Part shown: positions 11,053-20,808 of the stretch, in pieces
Numbering within the stretch: position 1 is the stretch's first letter
How the letters are laid out: the number at the start of each line of letters is the position of its first letter
Source: Cenarchaeum sp.
Lineage (GTDB): Archaea > Thermoproteota > Nitrososphaeria > Nitrososphaerales > Nitrosopumilaceae
Direction of reading: 5' to 3'
Length of the DNA: 64,000 bases
Assembly (NCBI GenBank): GCA_965206845.1
Contig: OZ242221.1
Location: 1,152,001-1,216,000 of the forward strand
Made by a program: the position numbers and the translations under genes
Notes under the pieces: model-generated
Seen by the model: the letters and a program-made list of their open reading frames with translations, nothing else
The model's database searches: none
What the model was told of the DNA's origin: nothing

Positions 11053-11600
11053 AGGCCGTACCTTGCAGGCATGCGCTATCCCACAGACCGCAGGATACGG
11101 CGGTCGGCTGATCACGGTACCGCCAAATGACAGCTGCATGCCATTGACGATTGTGTTTGCAGGTGGGATGACCATCGCGATACTAGGCGAATTGCCGGTG
11201 ACAGTTGCACAGGCAGGAACGCTTAGTGCCTCGGCCACCGGATCATTCGACGATCCACAGATACTTGAGATTGCAGACGATCCGTCAAGAGACTCCGTTA
11301 ATGAGGATGCCTGTCTCTTGCGAAGTTCACTATTAATGGAGCGATTTTGCGACACTATACCAACGAGTCAACATACTAATGACGATCGCCTGCCTGCCAA
11401 ATGTCGCAGGCGGCCTGCAAGACGCATCCGCCCCGTTCCATGCTATCCCCATGGAACATCTTCTGGGATCAAAGCCCCACGGCTGCGGCACGTCCGCAGG
11501 CGGTCCGGCGCCGAAGGATACCGGCCGGCCCTACACCGGACGGAGAGGCATCCATGGGGTGGGAACGGCAAGTTCCACCCGCGCCCGCGGGAAAATCCAC

Positions 11601-11618
11601 TTACCGTGAGGTTTAATA
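11601..11618 (+). promoter_or_regulatory. Promoter motif (TTACCGTGAGG + TTTAATA box)
   Basis: Near-identical to 6632-6649. Confidence 0.6.
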
Positions 11619-11646
11619 GAGACAGCTTGAAAGATTGATACGGGAT

Positions 11647-14427
11647 ATGAGAGTACATTATCTTCTTGGGTTTTTGCTGATTATGGCTTCCGTTGCAGGT
11701 ACCACGCATACCCTTGCCGCAGAGAACGATCTGGACGACGACGGCGTTGCGGACAACGTGGATGCCTGCCCGTTTGTAAGGGAGGACTTTGCAGGTATAC
11801 TGGACGGCTGCCCGTCTGACTTTGTGCCCTGGTACGACGCCGATAGCGACGGAATCGAGGACAACCTGGACTTCTGCCCCGTGGCAAGGGAGAACTACAA
11901 CCTGTTCCAGGACGAGGACGGCTGCCCGGACGTGGCTCCCGGTGACGGCACCGGGGCGCTGCCCGACTCTGACGGTGACGGGTTTATAGATTATCTGGAC
12001 TTGTGCCCCTCGGAGCCTGAGACCTTCAACGGCATCCTGGATCGGGACGGCTGCCCTGACAGCTATCTGCCCTTCCTGGACCAGGATCAGGACGGCGTAC
12101 CCAACGCAGTGGACCTGTGCCCGCTGGATCAGGAGGTGTACAACTTTTACCAGGATACCGACGGGTGTCCGGATGAGGTAGCCGAGGAGACGGACCGGTT
12201 CGAGTTCCCCGACACCGACGGCGACGGGCTAGATGACCGGTGGGACCAGTGCCTGGACGTGGCCGAGAACTTTAACAATTACCTTGACTGGGACGGCTGC
12301 CCCGACATACCGGGAGTGACGCTGGGCGGGGAGCGCGATGCGGACTTTGACACGATTCCTGATCTGTTGGATCAGTGCCCGGAGGTGGCCGAGAACTTTA
12401 ACAGGTTTGAGGATGACGACGGGTGCCCAGACACGGTTGTCATCACCAGGGTAGGGGATCTCGACGGTGACTTTGTGCCAGATGACGTGGATCAGTGCCC
12501 GCTGAGCGCAGAGATATACAACCGGTTCCTTGACACGGACGGCTGCCCCGACTATGTGAACCTGAGGACTGCTGGTCCTGCCGACTCTGACGGCGACGGC
12601 ATCAACGACTATATCGACCAGTGCCCGACAGAGGCCGAGACGTTCAACGGCATCCTGGATGCCGACGGCTGCCGCGACGACTACACCCCGCTGCATGATG
12701 GCGACGGCGACGGCATACCAAACAACCTGGATGCGTGCCCTGACGAGCGCGAGGTGCACAACGGCTTTGAGGATGACGACGGATGCCCGGATGCGGTTGA
12801 CGAGGACACCTCTGCCACCTTTACGTTCCCCGACACCGACGGCGACGGGCTGGATGACAGGCGGGATCAGTGCGTGGATGTGCCCGAGAACTTTAACGAT
12901 TACCTTGACTGGGACGGCTGTCCCGACGTGCCCGGATTCAACCTGGGCGCCGTGGTTGACACCGACGGCGACGGGATACTGGACGGCGCCGACCTGTGCC
13001 CGACCATAGGCGAGAGGTACAACAACTACTTTGACGAGGACGGCTGCCCGGACGTGATCGATCTGGAGTACAGCGGTGACCGGGACAGCGACGGGGTTCC
13101 CGACGGCCTGGACCAGTGCCCGCAGGTGCGGGAGACCTACAACAGGTTCCAGGACGAGGACGGCTGCCCCGATGTAGTGCCACCGGGGATAGCCAGGCCT
13201 GTCGACTCTGACGGCGACGGCATCAGCGACCTCTTGGATCTGTGCCCCACGGAGCTTGAGACCTTCAACGGCATCCTGGACCGGGACGGCTGCCGCGACG
13301 ACTACTCCTTGACGCAGGACTCTGACGGCGACGGCATTGAAAACAGTGTGGATTCGTGCATTTACGAGCGGGAGGTATACAACAACTTCCAGGATAACGA
13401 CGGATGTCCCGACGCAGTCGATGCGGGCGTGACCGAGTTCACGTTCCCCGACACCGACGGCGACGGGCTGGATGACAGGTGGGACCAGTGCGTGGACATA
13501 CCCGAGAACGTCAACGGCTACCTTGACTGGGACGGTTGCCCGGACACGCCAGGCGTGGTGTCCCCGGCCTTGATAAACGACTCTGACGGTGACGGCATCA
13601 TTGACGAAAACGACCTGTGCCCCGACATAGGCGAGAGGTACAACAGCTATCTGGACGAGGACGGCTGCCCAGACCTGATACCGGTCCTCCGCGACGGCGA
13701 CTCGGACACCGACGGAATAGCGGACTCGCTTGACGCCTGCCCGCAGATTGCCGAGACGTATAACGGCTTTGAGGATGACGACGGCTGCCCCGACTATATC
13801 GGAGGTGTGGGCGGCATTCCGGACAGTGACATAGACGGAATAATCGACGTTCTGGACCTGTGCCCGCTGGCCCCCGAGACCTACAACGGCGTGCTTGACC
13901 ACGACGGCTGCCCCGACAGGGTGCTGAGCAGCCTGGATGCAGATGACGACGGCATACCGGATCCCCTGGACCAGTGTGTTGACGAGGCAGAGGTGTACAA
14001 CAGGTTCCAGGACTCTGACGGCTGCCCAGACTCTGTCATCACGGGACAGACCGACTTTGAGTTCCCAGACACAGACGGAGACGGCCTGGATGACAGGTGG
14101 GATCAGTGCCTGCTCGAGCCAGAGGAGTTCAACGGATACCTGGATCACGACGGCTGCCCAGATGTCATACCGGAGGAGGCCAGCTACGAGTCCGAGGGTG
14201 ACATCGACGGCGACGGCTTCATAAACGAGGCCGACTCGTGCCCCACGGAGCCTGAGACCTGGAACAAGTACCGGGACTACGACGGATGTCCGGACGCACT
14301 GCCGAGCCAGCCCAGGGTTACACCCGATAGCGACGGCGACGGCATTCCGGACAGCGTAGACGCGTGTCCAAGCGAGGCCGAGAACTATGACGGCGACCGC
14401 GACACCGACGGCTGTCCCGACCCGTAG
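11647..14427 (+). CDS. Secreted thrombospondin type-3 repeat protein, ~22 repeats
   Basis: Signal peptide; same repeat; shares LDGCPSDFVPWYD near the N-terminus and YDGDRDTDGCPDP at the C-terminus with 6673-9726. Confidence 0.9.
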   Translation: MRVHYLLGFLLIMASVAGTTHTLAAENDLDDDGVADNVDACPFVREDFAGILDGCPSDFVPWYDADSDGIEDNLDFCPVARENYNLFQDEDGCPDVAPGDGTGALPDSDGDGFIDYLDLCPSEPETFNGILDRDGCPDSYLPFLDQDQDGVPNAVDLCPLDQEVYNFYQDTDGCPDEVAEETDRFEFPDTDGDGLDDRWDQCLDVAENFNNYLDWDGCPDIPGVTLGGERDADFDTIPDLLDQCPEVAENFNRFEDDDGCPDTVVITRVGDLDGDFVPDDVDQCPLSAEIYNRFLDTDGCPDYVNLRTAGPADSDGDGINDYIDQCPTEAETFNGILDADGCRDDYTPLHDGDGDGIPNNLDACPDEREVHNGFEDDDGCPDAVDEDTSATFTFPDTDGDGLDDRRDQCVDVPENFNDYLDWDGCPDVPGFNLGAVVDTDGDGILDGADLCPTIGERYNNYFDEDGCPDVIDLEYSGDRDSDGVPDGLDQCPQVRETYNRFQDEDGCPDVVPPGIARPVDSDGDGISDLLDLCPTELETFNGILDRDGCRDDYSLTQDSDGDGIENSVDSCIYEREVYNNFQDNDGCPDAVDAGVTEFTFPDTDGDGLDDRWDQCVDIPENVNGYLDWDGCPDTPGVVSPALINDSDGDGIIDENDLCPDIGERYNSYLDEDGCPDLIPVLRDGDSDTDGIADSLDACPQIAETYNGFEDDDGCPDYIGGVGGIPDSDIDGIIDVLDLCPLAPETYNGVLDHDGCPDRVLSSLDADDDGIPDPLDQCVDEAEVYNRFQDSDGCPDSVITGQTDFEFPDTDGDGLDDRWDQCLLEPEEFNGYLDHDGCPDVIPEEASYESEGDIDGDGFINEADSCPTEPETWNKYRDYDGCPDALPSQPRVTPDSDGDGIPDSVDACPSEAENYDGDRDTDGCPDP

Positions 14428-14588
14428 GGATATGATGCCTGCGGCATCGCGCCGGGCGTGAGTGTTATTCTGGATATGTGTGTCTAGGCTTTGCCTGCGC
14501 GGCCGTACCTGTCCGGTAACGCATGCCTTCGGAGAGCAGTCTGGATGCGAGTGGCACCATGCCGGCAGCTGCGGGGCTGCGTCCGGCC

Positions 14589-15596
14589 TTAGCTGCTCAG
14601 CCAGCCAAGCCTCTTAAAGTAGGCAAACATTATTCCTGCGGGAATCACCGAGGCCAGTATCACTATGATAAACGTGGTATAGTCCCCGTTCTGGGTTATC
14701 CCGCCGGGCAGGCTGACGTTCATGCCGTAAAAGGTCCCTATCACCGTGGCGGGTATGGCCAGCGTGAATATTATCGTGAGCAAGGCAAGCACCTGGTTTG
14801 TCTTCTCGGTGCTCAGCATGTAGTCGGTATCCTTGTATATCTCCATGGTCTCCCGGGACTCCTCCAGGGTCTCGATCACCTTGTCTATGTGGTCTATTAT
14901 GTCGTCAAAGTACAGGATGAGATCCTCCGTTGCAGAGAACTTGGGCAGGTGCTTTGCCGTCTCCACCGTTATCCTCTTCAGCGGGGTTACGATCCTCCTT
15001 AGCATGGTAATCTCCCGCCGCAGCCTGGCGATCTTCTTTGCGATGGATCTCCGCTCGTCAAAGGCCCCGTCCTCGACGTCGTCGATGTTGGCTATGATGC
15101 GGCGCATGGTGTGGAGCAGGTCGTCCACTAGGACGTCTATTATCTCGTACAGCAAGACGCCGGTGGAACGCTGCAGCAGGCGCCGGCTTCTCTCGGAATC
15201 GGTGCCATTCCTGCACATGTCCGCCAGATCCACCAGTGGCTTTAGGTCGCCCTGGTGCACCGTGATGAGAAAGTCCTTTCCCACAAAGATGGACAGCTGG
15301 CTGTACTTTGGCATGTGGGACTTTGAGGACAGGGGGGGAAAGTGCAGTATGAGAAAGACGTGGTCGTCGTAGCTGTCCAGCTTGGCAAGCTCGAACTTTG
15401 CCAGGCAGTCCTCCACGTTGAGCGAGTTGAGGTTGTAGCGCTTTGCAAGCTGCTCCATGTACTGCCTGTCGGGATTCTGCAGGTTCAGCCACGTAAACCC
15501 GTTCCCGCGAACCTCCTCCATCTTCTGGGACGTTGCCGCCTCCTCTGCGGGCTTGCGCCCGTGGAGCAGCTTCTTGGGTATGGTTACTTTCTTCAT
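14589..15596 (-). CDS. corA: CorA family Mg/Co transporter
   Basis: YGMN signature after TM1; two C-terminal TM helices. Confidence 0.93.
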   Translation of the reverse strand: MKKVTIPKKLLHGRKPAEEAATSQKMEEVRGNGFTWLNLQNPDRQYMEQLAKRYNLNSLNVEDCLAKFELAKLDSYDDHVFLILHFPPLSSKSHMPKYSQLSIFVGKDFLITVHQGDLKPLVDLADMCRNGTDSERSRRLLQRSTGVLLYEIIDVLVDDLLHTMRRIIANIDDVEDGAFDERRSIAKKIARLRREITMLRRIVTPLKRITVETAKHLPKFSATEDLILYFDDIIDHIDKVIETLEESRETMEIYKDTDYMLSTEKTNQVLALLTIIFTLAIPATVIGTFYGMNVSLPGGITQNGDYTTFIIVILASVIPAGIMFAYFKRLGWLSS

Positions 15597-15703
15597 TTTG
15601 AGATGTTCCTGTGGTTCAAATATAAAACTGATCATGTGCGGTGCCCGACACCCGGGCTATGCCGCAGAGTTGTGCTCCTGCCTGGCGCAGGGGGCCGGCC
15701 GCG

Positions 15704-16003
15704 TCACGGGGAGACGGCCTTTGCCACGGCCTCCTGCAGCTCCTTTCTGTGCACCTGTATCCTTGCGCGTATCTCAAAGGGATCCATGAGGTTGCTGGCG
15801 GATGCGCGGGTGGCCTTTAGGAGATAGTGCAGCGCCCCCTCCTCCAGCCTGCCGACGTAGTACCCGTACAGAAAGTCCAGGTTGCTGCCGCACCCCCACG
15901 CCTTCGTGTTTGGGAATGCTTGCGCCGCCTCGCCGGGAATCTCCCGTATCCTTCTTCTGATGTATATGTCCAGGGATCTCTCGATGCTGGAATCTCGCAT
16001 CAT
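15704..16003 (-). CDS. Hypothetical protein
   Basis: 3' part of ORF 15704-16441 (MMRDSSIERSLD...DFLYGYYVG) fills the gap between corA and uppP. Confidence 0.6.
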   Translation of the reverse strand: MMRDSSIERSLDIYIRRRIREIPGEAAQAFPNTKAWGCGSNLDFLYGYYVGRLEEGALHYLLKATRASASNLMDPFEIRARIQVHRKELQEAVAKAVSP

Positions 16004-16045
16004 ACCCAAAGTGATAAGAGTCCCATGTAATTCAAGTTTGCTGGC

Positions 16046-16840
16046 GTGAGTCTTGGGGAGTCGGTTCTGCTGGGTATGCTGCAGGGGGTGCTGGAGTGGC
16101 TGCCGGTCTCTAGCACTGGCGGGCTCGTCATAGTAATGGTGGAGTTCCTCGGGTATGCGGCAGAGCGGGCCACGTCGCTCTCGTTCTTCTTGCACCTTGG
16201 CACTGCGCTCTCCGCGGTGCTGTACTTTCGGCGGGACGTCCGGGACATACTTGCCGGCCTCGGGAGATACCGGCCGGGCTTTGCCGGCGGCAACGGCCTG
16301 GTCTCGTTTCTGATCCTCACCAGCCTGATCAGCGGCGCCCTGGGTTTTGCGGTCTATGCCGTATCGGCAGAGTACGCGGTATCCGGGGAGCTGCTGCTGG
16401 GCATGGTGGGCGTGGCGCTCATAGCCACGGGGCTGGTCCAAAGGTTTGTCCGGCAGACCGGGCTCCGGTCCTCTGCGGACTTGAGCCTCCGGGACTCGGT
16501 GCTGCTGGGGGTGGTCCAGGCGTTCTCTGCCATTCCCGGCCTGTCACGGTCCGGCGTCACGATATCGGCGCTGCTCCTTCGCGGCTACCGGGCGCAGGAC
16601 GCACTGCGGCTGTCCTTTCTTATGGGGATTCCGGCGGTGCTTGGGGCGCAGGCGGGTCTGGTTGCCGTGGGCGGGATTCCGGACGTGCCTGCGGCGGACC
16701 TGGCCGCCGGCCTGGCGGCCTCCTTTGCTGCGGGATACCTATCCATAGGGATCCTGCTGAGGATCGCGGGGCGGGTAAGGTTCTGGCTGTTTGCCGTAAT
16801 CATGGGCTCGGTGGCCCTGCTGTCACTTGTGAATCTCTAG
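16046..16840 (+). CDS. uppP: Undecaprenyl-diphosphate phosphatase (UppP/BacA family)
   Basis: QG.LEWLPVSS.G and PGLSRSG.T motifs; polytopic membrane protein. Confidence 0.9.
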   Translation: MSLGESVLLGMLQGVLEWLPVSSTGGLVIVMVEFLGYAAERATSLSFFLHLGTALSAVLYFRRDVRDILAGLGRYRPGFAGGNGLVSFLILTSLISGALGFAVYAVSAEYAVSGELLLGMVGVALIATGLVQRFVRQTGLRSSADLSLRDSVLLGVVQAFSAIPGLSRSGVTISALLLRGYRAQDALRLSFLMGIPAVLGAQAGLVAVGGIPDVPAADLAAGLAASFAAGYLSIGILLRIAGRVRFWLFAVIMGSVALLSLVNL

Positions 16841-17184
16841 AATATGCCGAACTTGCTTGACTCCATCTCTTCCTTTATGGCAAGCTTGAACCGGGGCGAG
16901 CCGGCCTCCACCCTCTGCGTCAGCCACGCAATAAACTTCTTGTCCATGCCCCTGCCCTTTATCCTCTCAAAGTCGGGCCCCATCTGCTCTGCCAGCTTCT
17001 CAACCAGCTCCCTGTTTACGCTGACCACGAAGAAGTGCCAGCCGAACGCAAACTCCGAATCGGTCACCGCAAACTCCTCCTGAGAGTGCACCATCTCCTC
17101 CAGGCTTCCGAGTACCGAGATGATCGCCATGCTTGTCTTGTCATAGTCCACCGCGGACACGTTGATGTTGATCCTGCTCTGCAT
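16837..17184 (-). CDS. Hypothetical protein
   Basis: MQSRININVSAVDYDK... natural composition; abuts the uppP stop. Confidence 0.7.
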   Translation of the reverse strand: MQSRININVSAVDYDKTSMAIISVLGSLEEMVHSQEEFAVTDSEFAFGWHFFVVSVNRELVEKLAEQMGPDFERIKGRGMDKKFIAWLTQRVEAGSPRFKLAIKEEMESSKFGIF

Positions 17185-17321
17185 GATACCAGATTGCTCC
17201 CTGCAAGATAAAAGGGTTATAGGCCCGTTCCGGACATGGTGCCAGGCCGCCCCGGCGCCCCCGCAGGGCGCCTGCGTCGGGCATGGCCGGGCATCTGCAT
17301 CCATTCCGGCAGGCGCGCCGC

Positions 17322-18065
17322 CTACTCCAGCAGGTGCTCCACTTCTATGTCAAAGAAGGTGCGCAGTATCCCCATGTACGTCCGTATGGACTCCGGTATC
17401 TCCTCGGTGCACGTGACGCCCAGGTTCCTTGCGTTGATCCACATGGTCACCGACTGGAGTATGGTGAGGAACCGGTCGTTCTTTGCGTCCGGCGACCCTA
17501 TCGCCCGGGTGTAGCGCTCCGAGTACTCCCAGGCGGTGACAAAATCGATGCACTTTACGCCAAACACCGCCCGCAGCTGCTCCTGCAGGCTTGACGCCCG
17601 CAAGAACGGCGCCTGGCTCACAATGTACGGAAAGTCCACCAGGGTGGGGAGGCATCCCGGCAGCGGGCTCCACACCGTGACCACCCTGCAGCCCTCCTTT
17701 AGTCCCTCAAACTTTGGCATCATCGCGTCTGTGATGCCCTCATCGGCAAACCAGAACAGGACCACCGTTGCATCCGACAGGTCGGCATCCCGCACGTCGC
17801 CGCACACAAACTCCACGTTACCCTGAATGCCCCCTGCGGACTCGATCTTGCTCCGGTCGGTGTCTATGCCCACGGATCTCCTGGCGCCATACCCTGACGC
17901 AATCCTGACCCCCGAGCCGTCACCGCACCCCAGGTGGTAAAAGACGTCCCTCTCCCCCAGCCCCACAAGATCAAAGATGCTCCGCAGCGAGCTCTCGGTA
18001 AGCTGGACCTGTTCCCCGGAGATTATCTCGCCCGGAAGCGAGTCGATGTACTCCTCGATTCTCAA
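17322..18065 (-). CDS. SAM-dependent methyltransferase
   Basis: FYHLGCGDG motif I, VGID, DADLSDATVV; probable TTG start at 18065. Confidence 0.8.
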   Translation of the reverse strand: MRIEEYIDSLPGEIISGEQVQLTESSLRSIFDLVGLGERDVFYHLGCGDGSGVRIASGYGARRSVGIDTDRSKIESAGGIQGNVEFVCGDVRDADLSDATVVLFWFADEGITDAMMPKFEGLKEGCRVVTVWSPLPGCLPTLVDFPYIVSQAPFLRASSLQEQLRAVFGVKCIDFVTAWEYSERYTRAIGSPDAKNDRFLTILQSVTMWINARNLGVTCTEEIPESIRTYMGILRTFFDIEVEHLLE

Positions 18066-18115
18066 CCTGTCTATTTCTGGGGCTGGTAAATTTATGTCTA
18101 GATGGCGGTACGGCC

Positions 18116-18382
18116 CTAGTCCTTGATGCCTTCCAGCTTGGCCACGGCCTGCCATATGGTGGTCCGGACAAAGGACGGCATGTTGGGATCCTGGGTGATG
18201 TCCTCGAGGGCGCTCATGGCGTTTGCGGCGCGCACGGCCATCGAGTACTCGCCGCTCTCAAGATCCGAGACCATGTCCGCGATGCTCTTCTTGATGGTCT
18301 TTGGCGTCGCCGGGCTTGAGGCTATCTGGCTGAGCGTGGCTATGGACTCTGTCAGTGTCCCCTTGTTCTTCTCCTTTGCCAT
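18116..18382 (-). CDS. UPF0147 family protein
   Basis: VRAANA...L..I.QDPNMP.FVRT.IW motif. Confidence 0.85.
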   Translation of the reverse strand: MAKEKNKGTLTESIATLSQIASSPATPKTIKKSIADMVSDLESGEYSMAVRAANAMSALEDITQDPNMPSFVRTTIWQAVAKLEGIKD

Positions 18383-18386
18383 TCCC

Positions 18387-18695
18387 CTACACCTCTACGA
18401 AGACGTTCCCTGACTCTACGGTCACCTTGTACTGTTGCAGATCCTTTATGGCAACGGGAAACTTTGCAAGCTTGCCGGTCGTGCAGTCAAACTCCGCGCC
18501 GTGCCAGCCGCAGACCACGCTGGTTCCGTCCAGCGTCCCCTCCGAAAGGCTGGAGCCTGCATGGGTGCATGTGTCGTCAACCGCATGGTAGGTTCCGTCC
18601 AGGTTTACAACCATGACGTCCCTGCCGTCAACGGTGACCTTGTGGAGGCTTCCGGGGGCCATGTCTGATGCCTTGCCAGCTATAACTCTTCCCAT
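18387..18695 (-). CDS. Rieske-type 2Fe-2S ferredoxin
   Basis: CTH...CGWH ligands. Confidence 0.9.
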   Translation of the reverse strand: MGRVIAGKASDMAPGSLHKVTVDGRDVMVVNLDGTYHAVDDTCTHAGSSLSEGTLDGTSVVCGWHGAEFDCTTGKLAKFPVAIKDLQQYKVTVESGNVFVEV

Positions 18696-18836
18696 GAAAT
18701 CCATCGGCGGCCCATTCTTAATAGTTTTTACATTTTGGGTGAGCGTTTGCAACCCCCGTCACGACCCGCGCCTGCGCCCGGTCGCGGGTTATGGCGCAAT
18801 TCCCATATTCTTATACGCGCGGCGGTGCAATACGTG

Positions 18837-19391
18837 ATGATGACAGAGCAGCCGCAGCCCTTGGGCGCCCACGACGCCATCATGCTGACGATGACTGCCA
18901 AGGGAGACAATCCCATTGGGAGGACCGCGCTGCAAAAGATAATCTATTTCGAGTCCCTCAAGGTTCCGGCCAGCATATCCTACAGGTCCCACTACTTTGG
19001 CCCCTTCAGCAAGGATGTGGCGGCCGCGCTGGAGGATCTCATAGTGGCCGACTGCATCGATGAGAGGGTAACACTGGCATACGACCACGAGTCGTACTCC
19101 TACAACCTGACTAAGGAATGGGTGGAGCTGGCCAGGGAGGACAGCAGGAGAAGCCCGCACTACGCAGCCATAAAGGACGTCGTAGACGGATGCGACGAGT
19201 TCTGCCGGCTGCGGCCCAGGGAGCTCTCCCACGCCGCCAAGGCGCATTACATTCTAAGCGCAAGCCGCAGCAAAGGCGCGATCACGCGCAGCGACGTCAA
19301 GAAGGCCGGCGAGGGCCTTGGGTGGACGATATCTGAGAATAATGCGGACAGGGGCTTTGAGCTCCTTTCACGGTTGGGCCTTGTCACGTAA
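18837..19391 (+). CDS. YwgA/SocA-like (DUF4065-like) protein
   Basis: GRTALQKIIYF and Y..HYFGPFS motifs. Confidence 0.65.
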   Translation: MMTEQPQPLGAHDAIMLTMTAKGDNPIGRTALQKIIYFESLKVPASISYRSHYFGPFSKDVAAALEDLIVADCIDERVTLAYDHESYSYNLTKEWVELAREDSRRSPHYAAIKDVVDGCDEFCRLRPRELSHAAKAHYILSASRSKGAITRSDVKKAGEGLGWTISENNADRGFELLSRLGLVT

Positions 19392-20748
19392 CACCGGACA
19401 CGACTTTCGGTACAAGTCCATCAGGGATCCACTCTATGGGTTTGTGGGCCTCTCCCGGGAGGAGACCAAATTGATCGACACGGATATCTTCGGCAGGCTG
19501 CGGAGGATCAAGCAGCTGTCGCACGCCTATGTGGCGTACCCCTCGGCGGTGCATACCCGGTTTGAGCATTCGCTTGGGGCGGCCCACATCGCCGGCAGGA
19601 TGTGCGACGAGCTGGATCTCGATGTGGAGCAGAAGCGGCTTGTCAGGATGGCGGCCCTTCTGCACGATGTAGGGCACGGCCCGTTCTCCCACCTGTTCGA
19701 GCATGTCCTCCGGTGGGCCAATCCCGGGATGTCAGATATCCACGAGCGCATAACCCGGCTGATCGTCGAGGAAGACGGGGAGATCGGCGACATCCTGGGG
19801 GACGACAGGAGGAGGATCGTCGATCTCCTGGACGGCAGGGCTGACACCACCGGCGACATCCGGGAGTTCTCGCTGCTCTCGCAGATCATCTCAAGCGGAC
19901 TGGATGCCGACAGGCTGGACTACCTCAGGCGCGACTCGTACCATGTGGGCGCCGCATACGGGACCTTTGACCTGGAGAGGATACTCTACACGCTGAGAAG
20001 GACCCCTGGCAGGGAGCCGCTGCTGGCGGTGGACGCAAAGAGCGCGGGGGCCGTGGAGAACTACCGGATTGCGCGATACCTGATGCATGCCCTGGTCTAC
20101 GGGCACCACGCGCACCTTGCGGCGGACCGCATGTTCCTGCATGCGATGCATGCCGCAATCTACGACGAGGGGATCATCGACCGGAACCGTCTCAGGATGG
20201 ACTCGCCGGGGAGATTCCTCCCCTTTTACAGGAGCCTGGATGACGACTCCGTCAACGATCTAGTCATAAACGATCCCAAGGCGGGCCTGTCAAGGGAGAT
20301 ACTGAACCAGATCCGCCGGCGCAAGCTGCTAAAGCGCTCCTGCCAGTTTAGGGTGCAAAGGACACTGCCCCTGAGGGACGCGGGGCAGGCCGGCGAGATG
20401 CAGCGCCTGCGGTCCAAGAAGCGGATAGTCGAGATGCCGCAGCGCGAGCTGGACTCTGTGGCAGCAGAGGTGGCCGGGGATCTCGGCCTCGGCGTCCACG
20501 AGATCGTACTCCACAGGTTTGACACGGAGACAAAACTGTTCGGCGAGATGGACATCCTGCTGCTGGACGACGGCCAGGTTCACGACATGAAGGCGATGTC
20601 GCCCATATCTGCCCACGTGGGGTACGTCAAGTTCTACGCGTTCGGCCCGGAGGACGGCGCCGTCCGCAAGAGGATTGCCCAAAAGATCGCCGAGAGGCTG
20701 GAGATCGACGCGTCCGTGCTTGGGCTGGCAGCGGATCGGGCGCCGTAG
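19381..20748 (+). CDS. HD-domain phosphohydrolase, SAMHD1/YwfO-like dNTP triphosphohydrolase family
   Basis: IRDPLYG, RLRRIKQL, HTRFEHSLG, LLHDVGHGPFSH, DADRLDYL.RDS; TTG start overlaps the upstream stop. Confidence 0.88.
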   Translation: MSRNTGHDFRYKSIRDPLYGFVGLSREETKLIDTDIFGRLRRIKQLSHAYVAYPSAVHTRFEHSLGAAHIAGRMCDELDLDVEQKRLVRMAALLHDVGHGPFSHLFEHVLRWANPGMSDIHERITRLIVEEDGEIGDILGDDRRRIVDLLDGRADTTGDIREFSLLSQIISSGLDADRLDYLRRDSYHVGAAYGTFDLERILYTLRRTPGREPLLAVDAKSAGAVENYRIARYLMHALVYGHHAHLAADRMFLHAMHAAIYDEGIIDRNRLRMDSPGRFLPFYRSLDDDSVNDLVINDPKAGLSREILNQIRRRKLLKRSCQFRVQRTLPLRDAGQAGEMQRLRSKKRIVEMPQRELDSVAAEVAGDLGLGVHEIVLHRFDTETKLFGEMDILLLDDGQVHDMKAMSPISAHVGYVKFYAFGPEDGAVRKRIAQKIAERLEIDASVLGLAADRAP

Positions 20749-20808
20749 CCCGGCGGTACCCGCCAAAGACGCCGACACTCTTTTGTATGCGTCTGCCACA
20801 GACGGGGC

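Noticed and set aside
12229-14148. Long antisense ORFs (also 41232-43157, 40166-41638, 81-1280)
   Set aside because: Shadow frames of GC-rich genes on the opposite strand, with no recognisable motifs.
6673-14427. Regularly spaced gacggctgccc repeats resembling a CRISPR-like array
   Set aside because: They are in-frame DGCPD codons of TSP3 repeats with synonymous variation; no cas genes are present.
18700-18836. Possible att duplication of the tRNA-His 3' end bounding the YwgA/HD cassette
   Set aside because: No copy of the tRNA 3' sequence was found by eye and there is no integrase.
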